Below are positions 14,146 to 26,261 of a stretch of 64,000 bases of DNA, in pieces. Made by a program: the position numbers and the translations under genes. How positions within the stretch are numbered: position 1 is the first letter of the stretch; every line of letters starts with the position of its first letter. The notes beneath the pieces are model-generated. The model did no database searches. It saw only the letters and a list, made by a program, of their open reading frames with translations, and had not been told where the DNA came from. This DNA is from Octopus vulgaris (taxonomy: Eukaryota), in NCBI GenBank assembly GCA_951406725.2, contig OX597814.1:22010001-22074000 (forward strand), read 5' to 3'.

Positions 14146-14699
14146 ATATACAGCATATAATGATCTACACATATTTCCGCTGCAGTGTCTACTCATTGTT
14201 GCAAACGCAACCTTGCATTATTGTTGGTGCAACTCATCTGGGTCCGTCCATTTGGTCATCCTCGAAGTGATGAGTTTGTCATTCATAGGCTTGGTCTTAA
14301 AAAGGTTGCAGTCGTCATTAGGTCGAGTTTTTGTAAGGTTCTTTGTTCATTTTAATGGATGCGTGTGTTTTGCTTTTTTTAAATTTCGACTGGAGTGCTT
14401 GTACTGAAGAGTTCATATTTGTTTATATTCTTTTTTTTTTTTTTGGTTTAGCTGCTCTTGGTTTGTGTTATACATTGGGTAGAGTATATGTTTTTTTTTA
14501 TTAATGGCGGTTATTAAATATTTTTATGTTTAGGTTATGTTATTTTATTTGTATGTATGTACTATGTATGTAAGCCTGTATGTATGTATGTATGTATGTA
14601 TGTATGTATGTATGTATGTATGTATGTATGTATGTATGTATGTATGTATGTATGTATGTATGTATGTATGTGCAGATTTTTATGTATGTGCAGATTTGT

Positions 14700-15280
14700 A
14701 TGTTTTATGCATGTATTCTCATGCATATAGTTGCATATAAACTTCTGGAAAGTTTTAGATTTTTACAGTTCCAGTAATAGATTGGATCTGTAGTCTTCGA
14801 ATTAGTTTTCTACTTTCTGATCCTGAGAAGCCCAATTTCTCAAGACTGGTATTTAGACAGTGTGTTACATATCCCAGGACCCCAATAATTACAGGTATAA
14901 ACCTGAGCTTGTAATCTGGATAGAGTAAGTACAGATTTCTCAATTGTTCAGCATAGGTGTTCTCTTTTCCACTGATCTTCAGCTTTATGTTAACATTCAC
15001 CGGGCAGCTAATTTCCGTATGTGTGTAGATGTGCGGATTTGTATGTTTTGCTTTATCTATGTATTCTGATGCATATGGTTCCATATCTAGACATGCTCAT
15101 ATGTATTTAAATGCAAAACTTCCGGAAAGTTTTACAATTTTTTTCAGTTCTAGTAATGGATTGGATCTGTAGTCTTCGAATTAGCTTTCTCCTTTCTGGT
15201 TTTGAGAAGCCTAATTTCTCAAGATTGGTACTTAGGCAGTGTACACATATCCCAGGACCCAAATAATTACAGGTATAAAC
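14700..15280 (-). mobile_element. Two tandem 3'-end fragments of an RLE-type LINE embedded in (TATG)n
   Basis: ORF 14755-15084 has EISCP..NI..K...KENTY..L..FIPVIIG.LG (end of the RLE domain). The same C-terminus recurs at ~15107-15280. (TATG)n lies on both sides. Confidence 0.8.
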
Positions 15281-15809
15281 ATGTATGTATGTATGTATGT
15301 ATGTATGTATGTATGTATGTATGTATGTATGTATGATTGCATGCATGTATGTATGTATGTATGTATGTATGTATGTATGTATGTATGTATGTACGTACTG
15401 TCTGCTTGAGAAAGACAAGTGCCTACCCAGACTTAATACATATATATTGACAAAATATGAAAAGTAAATTATTTCGATTTTTTAAAATAAAAATCCTATT
15501 TTTATGCACGGTATTCAACTAATTAAATCAGGAAAGGCTTAATATTTTAGATAACCACGATTCACGCTATCAATTTCAATGTATATACATTGAAATGGAT
15601 GGATGGATGTATGGATGGATGGATACATACATACATACATACATCCATACATACATACATACATACATACATACATACATGCATACATACATAGCAATGA
15701 CAAAACTTTGAAGTCAATGCTATCAACTTTAAAATGTTTAAATATGTATTCTATTTTTAAAAGTATTGAGCAATCATTCAGTATAATTTTAAAGTGTTTC
15801 TATATATAG

Positions 15810-16194
15810 TGTGGAAGCACTCCGTCGGTTACGACGACGAGGGTTCCGGTTGATCCGATCAACGGAACAGCCTGCTCGTGAAATTAACGTGCAAGTGGCT
15901 GAGCACTCCACAGACACGTGTACTCTTAACGTAGTTCTCGGGGATATTCAGCGTGACACAGAGAGTGACAAGGCTGGCCCTTTGAAATACAGGTACATCA
16001 GAAACAGGAAGTAAGAGTGAGAGAAAGTTGTGGTGAAAGAGTACAGCAGGGATCACCACCATCCCCGCCGGAGCCTCGTGGAGCTTTAGGTGTTTTCGCT
16101 CAATAAACACTCACAACGCCCGGTCTGGGAATCGAAACCGCGATCCTACGACCGCGAGTCTGCTGCCCTAACCACTGGGCCATTGCGCCTCCAC
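15810..16194 (-). mobile_element. tRNA-derived SINE, family B (tail type 2)
   Basis: Head gtggaggcgcaatggcccagtggttagggcagc. 15-bp TSD gtgtttctatatata at 15794-15808 and 16195-16209. Confidence 0.9.
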
Positions 16195-16496
16195 GTGTTT
16201 CTATATATATATAAAACTTCACATAAAAACGTGTGTGTATGTGCGCGTGCATGATTATGTATATATCCGGAAAGTGGAGTTTAAGCTAATATATTTAGGC
16301 ATACATACACGTACACAGGCATATACAAGTGTGTATGTGACAGACAGACAGACAGACAGACAGGCAGACAGACAGACGGACGGACGGGCGGGCAGATAGA
16401 CAGATAGACAAACAGACAGATTTACATGTAAAAGAAGAACATAACTTAGTATAATTGCAGACATTAAGGTTAACAAAAATATTTTCTACACTTATA

Positions 16497-16902
16497 GGCG
16501 TAGGAGTGGCTGTGTGGTAAGTAGCTTGCTAACCAACCACATGGTTCCGGGTTCAGTCCCACTGCGTGGCACCTTGGGCAAGTGTCTTCTGCTATAGCCT
16601 CGGGCAGACCAAAGCCTTGTGAGTGGATTTGGTAGACGGAAACTGAAAGAAGCCCGTCGTATATATGTATATATATATATGTATGTGTGTGTATATGTTT
16701 GTGTATGTGTGTTTGTCCCCCCAACATCGCTTGACAACCGATGCTGGTGTGTTTACGTCCCCGTAACTTAGCGGTTCGGCAAAAGAGACCGATAGAATAA
16801 GTACTGGGCTTACAAAAGAATAAGTCCTGGGGTCGATTTGCTCGACTAAAGGCGGTGCTCCAGCATGGCCACAGTCAAATGACTGAAACAAATAAAAAAA
16901 AA
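16497..16902 (+). mobile_element. SINE family C (CORE-like ACCTTGGGCAAGT motif, internal microsatellite)
   Basis: tRNA-like head ggcgtaggagtggctgtgtggtaag...ggttcagtccc. About nine copies or fragments in the window. Confidence 0.9.
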
Positions 16903-17184
16903 TTAAACAGATTACACCGAGTAAATCTGTTAATAGGAGACAGAAAGAAGAGAGAGAGAGAGGAGTGTGTGTGTATGTGTGTGTGCATATGTATGTGTGT
17001 ATATGTGTGTCTGCGCGTGCGTATGTATGCGTGTGCATGTGCGCTCACCCATCGGCGTGCGCGCTGCATGTGTACGTGCGCGCGTGCGTGTGTGCATGTG
17101 AGTGTGTGTATTCGTGCGTCTCGCCTACGGCTGCGCTCACACATGGGTGCGCGCGTTGTATGTATGCAGGCATGGGTGTACTCT

Positions 17185-17395
17185 TACTCTTTTACACTTT
17201 TACTTGTTTCAGTCATTTGACTGCGGCCATGCTGGAGCACCGCCTTTAGTCGAGCAAATCGACCCCAGGACTTATTCTTTGTAAGCCCAGTACTTATTCT
17301 ATCGGTCTCTTTTGCCGAACCGCTAAGTGACGGGGACGTAAACACACCAGCATCGATTGTCAAGCAATGCTAGGGGGACAGACACAGACACACAA

Positions 17396-17467
<72 letters not shown>

Positions 17468-17625
17468 GACGGGCTTCTTTCAGTTTCCGTCTACCAAATC
17501 CACTCACAAGGCATTGGTCGGCCCGGGGCTATAGCAGAAGACACTTGCCCAAGATGCCACGCAGTGGGACTGAACCCGGAACCATGAGGTTGGTTAGCAA
17601 GCTACTTACCACACAGCCACTCCTG
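17185..17625 (-). mobile_element. SINE family C
   Basis: Near full-length reverse complement of 16497-16902. Confidence 0.9.
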
Positions 17626-17899
17626 TGTATTTATGTATATATGTAAGTAAGCATCTAGTAAAAAAAAAAAAAAAGCAGCAATTGAAGAAGAACAAACGAG
17701 AACGAGACTTGAGTGGAACGAGTTTAGAGTGGAATTTTAAGCATGAACTAAATATAAACAACTTTTGTATAACGATTCGAAGTTACGGATACGATAGTCT
17801 ACCTTTCTTGGCACTAGCAAACAATTCTCTACCGACGTGATTACTAAAGTATGGATTATGTGGACTGCTTTATCATGAAAACACACAGGTAAGTACAAA

Positions 17900-18070
17900 A
17901 TTACATACACACAAACATACATACATACACGTATGCATACATACATACATACATACATCATACATACATACATACATACATACATACATACATACATACT
18001 TACATGCATGCATACATACATACATACATATACATACATACATACATACATACATGCATACATACATACA

Positions 18071-18102
<32 letters not shown>

Positions 18103-18420
18103 CATACATACATACATACATACATACATACATACATACATACATACATACATACATACATACATACATACATACATACATACATACATACATGCATACA
18201 TACATACATATATATACATACATACATACATACATACATGCATACATACATATACATACATACATACATACATACATACATAAAAATGTACGTACATACA
18301 TACATGTGTGTACAAAAGTGTACATACCTGTGTACATACACAGGTATGTATAAATTTATATACACGCATACATACATACATACATACATACATACATACA
18401 TACATACATACATACATTCA
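17900..18420. repeat. Long imperfect (ATAC)n microsatellite
   Basis: Directly visible. It is the source of the HTYI/MYVC pseudo-ORFs. Confidence 0.95.
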
Positions 18421-18496
18421 TAAACGTACGTACATACATGTGTGTGTTGATATGTTAAAATGTTTTTTATCAAAATTTGACGTGAAAACAACATTA

Positions 18497-18544
<48 letters not shown>

Positions 18545-18639
18545 GTGATAAAATTTATAAAAGTAAACTTCAATATAACCGTTTACTAAGGCGGCGAGTT
18601 GACAAAATCCTTTACTCGATAAAAATGTATTGAGCAATT

Positions 18640-19051
18640 CTCTTTACTCTCTTTTTACTTGTTTCAGTCATCTGACTGCGGCCACGCTGGAGCACCGCCT
18701 TCAGCCGAGCAAATCGACCCCGTGACTTATTCCTTGTAAGCCCAGTACTTATTCTATCGGTCTCTTTTGCCGAACTGCTAAGTTACGGGGACGTAAACAC
18801 ACCAGCATCGGTTGTCAAGCAATGCTAGGGGAACAAACACAGACACACAAACATATTCACACACACTTATATATATATATACATATATACGACAGGCTTC
18901 TTTCAGTTTCCGTCTACCAAATCCACTCACAAGGCATTGGTCGGCCCGGGGCTATAGCAGAAGACACTTGCCCAAGATGCCACGCAGTGGGACTGAACCC
19001 GGAACCATGTGGTTGGTTAGCAAGCTACTTACCAAACAGCCACTCCTGCGC
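18640..19051 (-). mobile_element. SINE family C
   Basis: Full-length reverse-strand copy. Confidence 0.9.
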
Positions 19052-19169
19052 TAATTCATCGAGTTTAACGTTAAATAACAACAAACATTTATATACATAC
19101 GCCTTTTTCTTTTTATCTGCGTAAAAGAATTTTTTAGTTTAATGAATCGACCCCCAGTACATTTTTTTT

Positions 19170-19895
19170 TTCAGGTGGGTTGGGTTAAGACCAAGCTGAA
19201 ACCTGTCGGTGATGGCCCGGACCCTCCTCCCCTCCATATTGACCCCGACGTCGTGGAGTTTGTCAGTCCCATCATCTACCTGAGCTCCACGGTCACCAAC
19301 AACCCCGGAGGTGAGCTACAAACGGGTCATGTACTCCCTATGGAAGTACATTTGGCGCCAGTATTCTACCTCCCGGAAGACGAAGCTTTGCATCTAGAAT
19401 ACGTCGGTCCTCCTCGTTCTTTTCTATGGAGCAGAAACGTGGCCCTCACGAAGACCCTGGCAAAGAGGATCGACAGCTTCGTCAGCAAAGCCTGAGAACC
19501 ATTGAGAATATCAGAGGATACCCTCATGTTTCCAACAAAGAACTGCGCGTGTACAAGCATCAGCTTCAAGCCTCCCGCCTCATAGCTATCCACTAAATGC
19601 GCTGGTACGGACATGCCGTCTGCATCCATCCAGTTCGACCTACCAGGGCCTTACTCTCATTTGATGCAGCAACTGCTGGCTGGAAGAGGCCCCGTGGCAG
19701 GCACTTCACCAGATTGCTGGACGTGATTAAGGAAGACCTCGGGGGACTCAACGTCACCTTGGAGGGTGCAAAGGGCTGGCACAGGACCGTCGACGAATGG
19801 AAGCACTGGTCGACCTGGTCGACTCTACGCATGATGACGCTTTAGGACCACTAGCCTGAGATAATCTTAGCCCCATCAAATAAAAGTAAGTAGCA
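19170..19895 (+). mobile_element. RTE-clade LINE 3' fragment (degraded)
   Basis: RWYGH..R...P.R.L......GWKRPRGR...R.LDVIKEDL is the typical RTE C-terminus. Frameshifted. Confidence 0.8.
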
Positions 19896-20009
19896 ATCAA
19901 ACATTTATTTATGTTTATATTTACAAACACACGCATGCATACAACATATAGAGCGAAAGATAGATAGAAAGAAAGGAAGAAAGAAAGAAAGAAAGAAAGT
20001 GAGAGAGAG

Positions 20010-20067
<58 letters not shown>

Positions 20068-20282
20068 TGGGTAGGTGGGAGGACGAAGCAACTCCTAGCA
20101 GCTATGAGTCTCTGTGTGCCTTCGCATCTTCATGTATGTGTGCGTGTATATGTATGTGTTAGAGTGTGCGCACGTGTAGGCATACTTGACAGCTATGTTC
20201 CTTAGAAGAATGCTAATGAAATGTAGGTACGTGGTATTTCGTTATGCAACCGTAATTTTTATATGTATATATGTATGTATAT

Positions 20283-22756
20283 ATTGGGTCATCCCATAAA
20301 TGTCTTGCAAACAACTTGCACATGCAAGTGCTACGAGTTAAAAGCTCCGTATACCGGAAGCTAGCAAGTGTAAGGGGTCATCAGGAGAGAATGCGCGCCG
20401 TTTCGGGGCCTACCTCTCGACGGCATCAATGCGCACCGGCCCCCCTCACTGATATGAGGCCCCGCTTGCTAGATCAGCTGGTTATGAAGAACTCAATATA
20501 CTTCTAGCCATCGCTCATCGTCTCTTTTTAACCAAATCTGGTGGCTAGCCTTCTCCACTGTAGATTGGATATCAGTCATGGTGGTATTGACTTTACGGTG
20601 AGTTAAGCCTATCGATAACAACATTCGTCTCACGCTGTGTCCAACAAACCCTCTACATCCGACTTCGATAGGAAAATGTTCCGCTTTCCAGCCTGCGTCT
20701 TCACATTCCTCGAGGAGATTTTCATAACGGTTCAATTTTCGAGCCCGAGCGGCGTCCATATTATCTTCATGAGGAACCGTTAGCTCGACTATATTTACAA
20801 CTTTCTTTCTTTTACACCACATCAAAATATCTGTTTTTTTCGAAACTGGGATGGGAAAGAAAACCTGGCACCCAGGTAAATCTGCAGTTACCTCCCAATA
20901 GCCGTTCCACTTTTCATTTTTCTCAGGAAGTTTCTTGATCTTCTTCTTGAAACGGATCCGCTGACCTGGTCGCACGAAGGTAATGAAATCTCTTGATGGT
21001 ACTTTTAACGGTTTTTCCTCAGTGTTGTTGAGATGAATTTGATTCTTTATAGCATTGAAGATAACCTTAAGGACCAAGTTGTGCCTCCATGTATACCTGT
21101 TCAATGCTAAAGAACAGTTAGAAAGAATATGTTTTAGTGTACCGACCTTTCCACATTTGCAGATGTCATTCTCTAAGACGTTCCATCTTACTAGATTCGT
21201 AGGTGATGGCAAAACATCATAAGATGAACGAATCAGGAAACTCAGCCGAGATGTCGTCCACTTCCACATCTCATCCCAACTTATCTTCCTCTCAACAACA
21301 TGTTCTTCCCATCTCGTCATCTGACCTTGATGAACACATCGGATCAAATGAAGCTCTCTTCTCTCTGCTTCTCTTGTTTTGATGCTGTTGCTAACAACAG
21401 ATCTGCGTTCACTCCGCATCATGCTTGCAAACGGTCTGAACTGATCTGCGCTAAAACCAAGTCCTTTCCGATGGTTCTGCTTTGCTCCCACCATATCTCT
21501 GTGTATAGGAGAAGACAAGATGTTGTCAGTTTCTGCTTCTGCTTTCCACTTCCTGGCTGTTTTCACCTCTGGTGGGTTACGCCTGATTTCCATATCCTTC
21601 GATTCTCTCAGCATCATGACTGTCCGTATCTTCCCCAGCTTATATATTTCGACTATTGATGCTATTGGTAGCTGCAACGAACCTCTTTTACGATAAAGAG
21701 CTGAGCTGTTCAACATACGATGTAGGCCTAGCCACTTTCTAATGCACACATTACATTTTTGTTCAATCCTTTCAACTCGTGACAATGCTACTTCGTATAT
21801 TACAAGTGGCCACGCAAGTCGCGGGTACAAGCCGAACTGCAAGCACCAAATTATAATGCGGATTTTTTATACTACTTTTATTTTGCAAATTTAAGATAAA
21901 CAAAGTCCTTTTTTTAAATCTAAAATATACTCTCCTTCATTTTCTATAATGCTCTTCCATCTATTTGGTAAACTTGCAAGGACCCTCTTTCAAAATTCAC
22001 TTGTCCATGACGAAAAATATTCCTCCAGTACTGTTCTGACCTCGTCTACAAAATTCATATTTTTTTCTGTCCAAATGATTTTGAAGACTGCGGAATAAAT
22101 GATAATCAGACGGCGCAATGTCCGTCGAATATGGTAGGTTGAGAATTGTTTCTGAGTCAAACTGCTTCAGTCTTTGGAATGCCATCCTCGCTGTATGTGG
22201 CCGAGCATTATCCTAAAGGAAGAACACCTTTCGTCTTGAAATCAAAGAAGATCCTTTTCCTCTAGCGTTTATTTGAACGACCTGTTGAATGACCAAATCC
22301 AAGCTTTTCTACTGGTTCCTCAATAGTTACAATGGGATTTTGTTCCACCAGGGTTTGCAGGGCGTCCTCGTCAAGCTCTACAAATCATTCCGGACGAGGC
22401 TCGTCTTCTAGGCTGTAGTTTCCGACTCGGAATTTCTGAAGTCACCGTTGACTTACGCTTATTGTCCGATCCGCATATACTGCATTACTATTCCTCGCAC
22501 TTTCCGTTACGTTGTTGTCTTTATTGAACTCATAAAGCAAAATATGCTGAATATGCTCCTTTGTCACTTCCATTATAGCTTTAAAAAAATAACTGTTAAA
22601 ATCGGACTGCATTCTTCAAAATTTGTACAAAGAATAAGAACAAGGTAAAATTACTACCTGCTTTTATAACAAGTTGATTCAGGTAGTGTATCCCGGTTCC
22701 CTCCAACTTTTAGTTCATGCAATTGGAAAAAACCACATTATTTATGAATCGACCCA
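20283..22756 (-). mobile_element. Internally deleted mariner transposon, with one TIR split by a LINE
   Basis: N-terminus MEVTKEHIQHILLYEF... (~22573 down) and LPYSTDIAPSDYHLFRSLQNHL (mariner YSPDLAPSDYHLF motif). TIR ttgggtcatcccataaat|aatgcggattttt is inverse to aaaaaccacattatttatgaatcgaccca at 22728-22756. Confidence 0.85.
20493..21842 (-). CDS. C-terminal part (RT thumb, CCHC, RLE) of a 5'-truncated HERO/NeSL-like R2-group retrotransposon; element spans ~20302-21851
   Basis: Uninterrupted 449 aa with CKCG...TLKHILSNC, RYTWRHN, KTDILMW..IVELTVPHED, K..RY and PIEVGCRGF. Confidence 0.88.
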   Translation of the reverse strand: MQFGLYPRLAWPLVIYEVALSRVERIEQKCNVCIRKWLGLHRMLNSSALYRKRGSLQLPIASIVEIYKLGKIRTVMMLRESKDMEIRRNPPEVKTARKWKAEAETDNILSSPIHRDMVGAKQNHRKGLGFSADQFRPFASMMRSERRSVVSNSIKTREAERRELHLIRCVHQGQMTRWEEHVVERKISWDEMWKWTTSRLSFLIRSSYDVLPSPTNLVRWNVLENDICKCGKVGTLKHILSNCSLALNRYTWRHNLVLKVIFNAIKNQIHLNNTEEKPLKVPSRDFITFVRPGQRIRFKKKIKKLPEKNEKWNGYWEVTADLPGCQVFFPIPVSKKTDILMWCKRKKVVNIVELTVPHEDNMDAARARKLNRYENLLEECEDAGWKAEHFPIEVGCRGFVGHSVRRMLLSIGLTHRKVNTTMTDIQSTVEKASHQIWLKRDDERWLEVY

Positions 22757-22920
22757 TGTGGTAAGTAGCTTGCTAACCAACCACATGGTTCGGCAAAAGA
22801 GACCGATAGAATAAGTACTGGGCTTACAAAGAATAAGTCCTGGGGTCGATTTGCTCGACTAAAGGCGGTGCTCCAGCATGGCCGCAGTCAAATGACTGAA
22901 ACAAGTAAAAGAGTAAAGAG

Positions 22921-22921
<1 letters not shown>
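22757..22921 (+). mobile_element. SINE family C, internally deleted
   Basis: The head is joined directly to the tail at a ggttc microhomology. Confidence 0.8.
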
Positions 22922-22959
<38 letters not shown>

Positions 22960-23008
22960 ATGCATATATATATGTGTGTATATATATATATATATGTATA
23001 TATATATG

Positions 23009-23045
<37 letters not shown>

Positions 23046-23058
23046 GTATATATATATG

Positions 23059-23089
<31 letters not shown>

Positions 23090-23242
23090 ATACGTATGTA
23101 TATATATATATATACATATATATAATTATATGTATATGTATATATGTATATATATATTTATGTATATACATATATATATGTGTATGTATATGTATATATG
23201 TATATATATATATTTATGTATATACACATGTATATATATATA

Positions 23243-23275
<33 letters not shown>

Positions 23276-23397
23276 ATGTATATATATATGTATATATTGA
23301 TATATATATATGTACATGTATATGTATATGTCTATATATATATTCTTGTATATATATATACACATATATAGGCATATATATATGTGTGTGTGTGTGT
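22922..23397. repeat. Imperfect (TA)/(TG) microsatellite
   Basis: Directly visible. Confidence 0.95.
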
Positions 23398-23482
23398 AAT
23401 TGTTAAAGAGGATAACAAAAGTTAAGGCAAGACAAACATCTCAAGTCATATTCCTTATTATTATTGGAAAAATTCATTCAAA

Positions 23483-23538
23483 GTCTTACAGTTGTTTCTA
23501 GGATATCCTAGAGTACGGGATATTCCGTCATCGGAAAC
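23483..23538 (-). ncRNA. Degenerate minimal hammerhead ribozyme of Penelope-like-element type
   Basis: gttt-CCGATGA-c-ggaatatcc/cgtactcta/ggatatcc-ta-GAAAC-aac-TGTA-agac shows the hammerhead core order with a short stem III. The core has a U4-to-C change. Confidence 0.55.
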
Positions 23539-23943
23539 AAATAGAGGAAAATGAGAAGAGTAAAGATTAATGAAATGACGACATAAAGGACAAGAGAGGA
23601 GGAATAAGGAGATGAAGAAAGAGAGGAAAAAAAAGAAGCATGAAAGTTCACAGTTCAACTTTCCGTAAGTCCTTAAGGTACAATCTTGTGTAAATCCATG
23701 TAGGTTAAAAATCTTGTGTAAACATCCAGAAATAAACGCGAACGTATCAACGTTCCATAACAGAATAGTAGCGGAGGTGGCTATTAAGGAGTAAAGAGGA
23801 AGAAAAATATATAAATAGAATGAGAGGTAGAGAGAGTGCTGGAGGAAATCTACAATAGTTCCATAACTCTTGGAGCCCTGGTAAGTCGTTACAGCACTTA
23901 CCCAACGTACCTAGTCGTTTAGATCACCTGTATACATATATAG

Positions 23944-24031
<88 letters not shown>

Positions 24032-24105
24032 CATTCTGTCTTTTTATAATTTTTCCTTGCCTATCATTTCTCCACATGCGGTCAACACAACCCCACTATT
24101 TATTG

Positions 24106-24144
<39 letters not shown>

Positions 24145-24886
24145 CATACATACACTAAATATAAAATCCCCGTATTTGGTGTATGTATACATTTTACATA
24201 GTTAATGCGTGAAAAACAAAATAGGAAGTTTCTATAAAACTAGTTTTTAAACATCGAATGACTGTAAGGGATCCACCAGAAGAAAATAATAAGAATCAAA
24301 GGGGTCCATAGATTAAAAAAAAAACACGCTTGAGAATCCTTGCTCTACAGTGTTCACAAAATATTAAACAGCAGCCATGATATTGATATTTTCATCCTAG
24401 CACGAATCATCTTGACACAGCTAACTCTTTTCTAATATTCAATTGGCTTCCAGTCTATCATGTCAGCAACATTTTTCTCAACTCCAACTTTAATCCTTAT
24501 GCTTTCCAACGTTGTTCACTATTCACCAATACATCAAGCTGTTCTTGAAAGAAGGAGACATAAAAATTGTCAAATTTACCCCCCGAACACCCATTATAGT
24601 TCTCCATGAGAAGTGTATAAGTATTGTATAACTGCCGAATAGACATTACAGTCAATAAAACCTGCTAAGTATAGATTTTCAACGCATCTTTTTACGCGTT
24701 AGTTAATTTTCCTTGGCTCACTTTCATTTTGAATCGGATATCAAGGGCGTTTTTCTCATGAACATATTCGGCAAGACTTTCATATATTCGTCGATTTTTA
24801 CCATTTTTTTTCAATTGTTACCTGCGTCTCATTCTGTTGAAACTTTCAACCAACCAAAATACCGTCACATTAGTGAGTGCGTATAT

Positions 24887-24926
<40 letters not shown>

Positions 24927-24986
24927 GTGCGTGTATGTGTGTGTGCTTGGGTGTATGTGAGTGTGTATATGTATGTATATATATAA

Positions 24987-25053
<67 letters not shown>

Positions 25054-25171
25054 TATAATTGAAATATAGACTTCATGTGATCTCCCCCAGTCGCTGGGGC
25101 AATTTCACCAAAGTAAATGATATAAATATATTTACAATATCTCTTCACTTCACGCTGAACATTTTTCTTAC

Positions 25172-25189
25172 CTCTTTTGCAGTGTTCAT
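25172..25189 (-). CDS. HAL: HAL first coding segment MNTAKE within the 22-nt exon 25172-25193
   Basis: aaacag|AGAA ATG AAC ACT GCA AAA GAG|gtaaga. The phase-0 end joins YITLDG. An in-frame TAA lies upstream in the previous exon. Confidence 0.75.
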
Positions 25190-25193
25190 TTCT

Positions 25194-25253
25194 CTGTTTA
25201 AATTAATAAAGGAAAATTGTTCGGGAAATTACCATTGGGAATTACAGAGAAAC

Positions 25254-25349
<96 letters not shown>

Positions 25350-25605
25350 GTGACAGAAAGAGAGGGAGAGCAAGTAGATTTTTATACAATTATGCTTGGT
25401 AAAGAGAAAATTTTTTTTTAATTTTTTAAAAAGTAAAGATCAACAACGTATCGGATTTACCACTTTCTGATATTCATTGATGTAAGTTACAATTTTCTTT
25501 CATTTAGTTGCTTTTCCTTTTCTTTTTTTTTTTTTTTTTTTTTGCTTTTTTCTTTAACGATATTGAAGTATATTAAATGAATCATACAATTGATGTAAAG
25601 GATAC
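25194..25605 (-). other. HAL: U12-type (minor spliceosome) GT-AG intron in the HAL 5' UTR
   Basis: 5' splice site GTATCCTTT. Branch-like TTTTCCTTTAT ~13 nt from the AG. No polypyrimidine tract next to the AG. Confidence 0.75.
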
Positions 25606-25658
25606 ATTTCTTTTTCTTAGCACAAGTTTTTCAGACTAGTCAATGTTACCGTCTACTC
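25606..25658 (-). other. HAL: HAL 5' UTR exon (53 nt)
   Basis: Strong acceptor (poly-T then cag) and a U12 donor. Stops occur in the frame of the downstream CDS. Confidence 0.7.
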
Positions 25659-26261
25659 CTGAAAAAAAAAAACAATAGCGTGCTAAAATAATTTTCATTA
25701 ATTATGTTGGCATTTTTTGATTAATTATTTTCAGTTTTAGGGTGGGGATTAATAATCATGCTGGTACGTTTGATATACATAAAATAGAAAAGAGTTGTTC
25801 GATCTTCCCTAAGAAAAGAATTTTAAACCATTAGCTAATGTAAAAATGAAAAATTATAGTGAAATATATGCCTTGAATTCACTGTTAACTTGTTTGTCTG
25901 GTATCTAGATTAAAGTTAAGACCCCTACGATTAAAGTTAAGACCCCCGCCAAAGTCAACTTTCCCTTTTCTCATCTTGGAGCACGATAAAGATCAAGTAA
26001 GTACTGTTGAAGTATCACAGTGGAATCAATTAAATATGTCTCCAGAAATTATATTCTGATCCCGAAATTCGTTCGAATTGCCTCGAAGTAGATTAGCAAT
26101 TTTGTTTCATCTTCTTTCTAAATAGTATAAATAAGTAGAAGAAAACTATGCAAGCAACAACTATATTAAAAAATATATATAATAGACACTGATAAAATAA
26201 CTTAATTATATACAACAGTTAGAGAAAAAAAAAGGGAAATATATGTGCATAAATATATTAC

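Noticed and set aside
16470-16737. Recurrent ORFs such as DGLLSVSVYQIHSQG...CPRCHAVG, suggesting a gene family
   Set aside because: All copies are antisense translations of SINE family C.
17737-18589. Long ORFs of MYVC/HTYI/YI/CV repeats (also ~5415-5797, 6226-6731, 22824-23406, 62550-63047)
   Set aside because: They are translations of (ATAC)n, (TA)n and (TG)n microsatellites that lack stop codons by composition.
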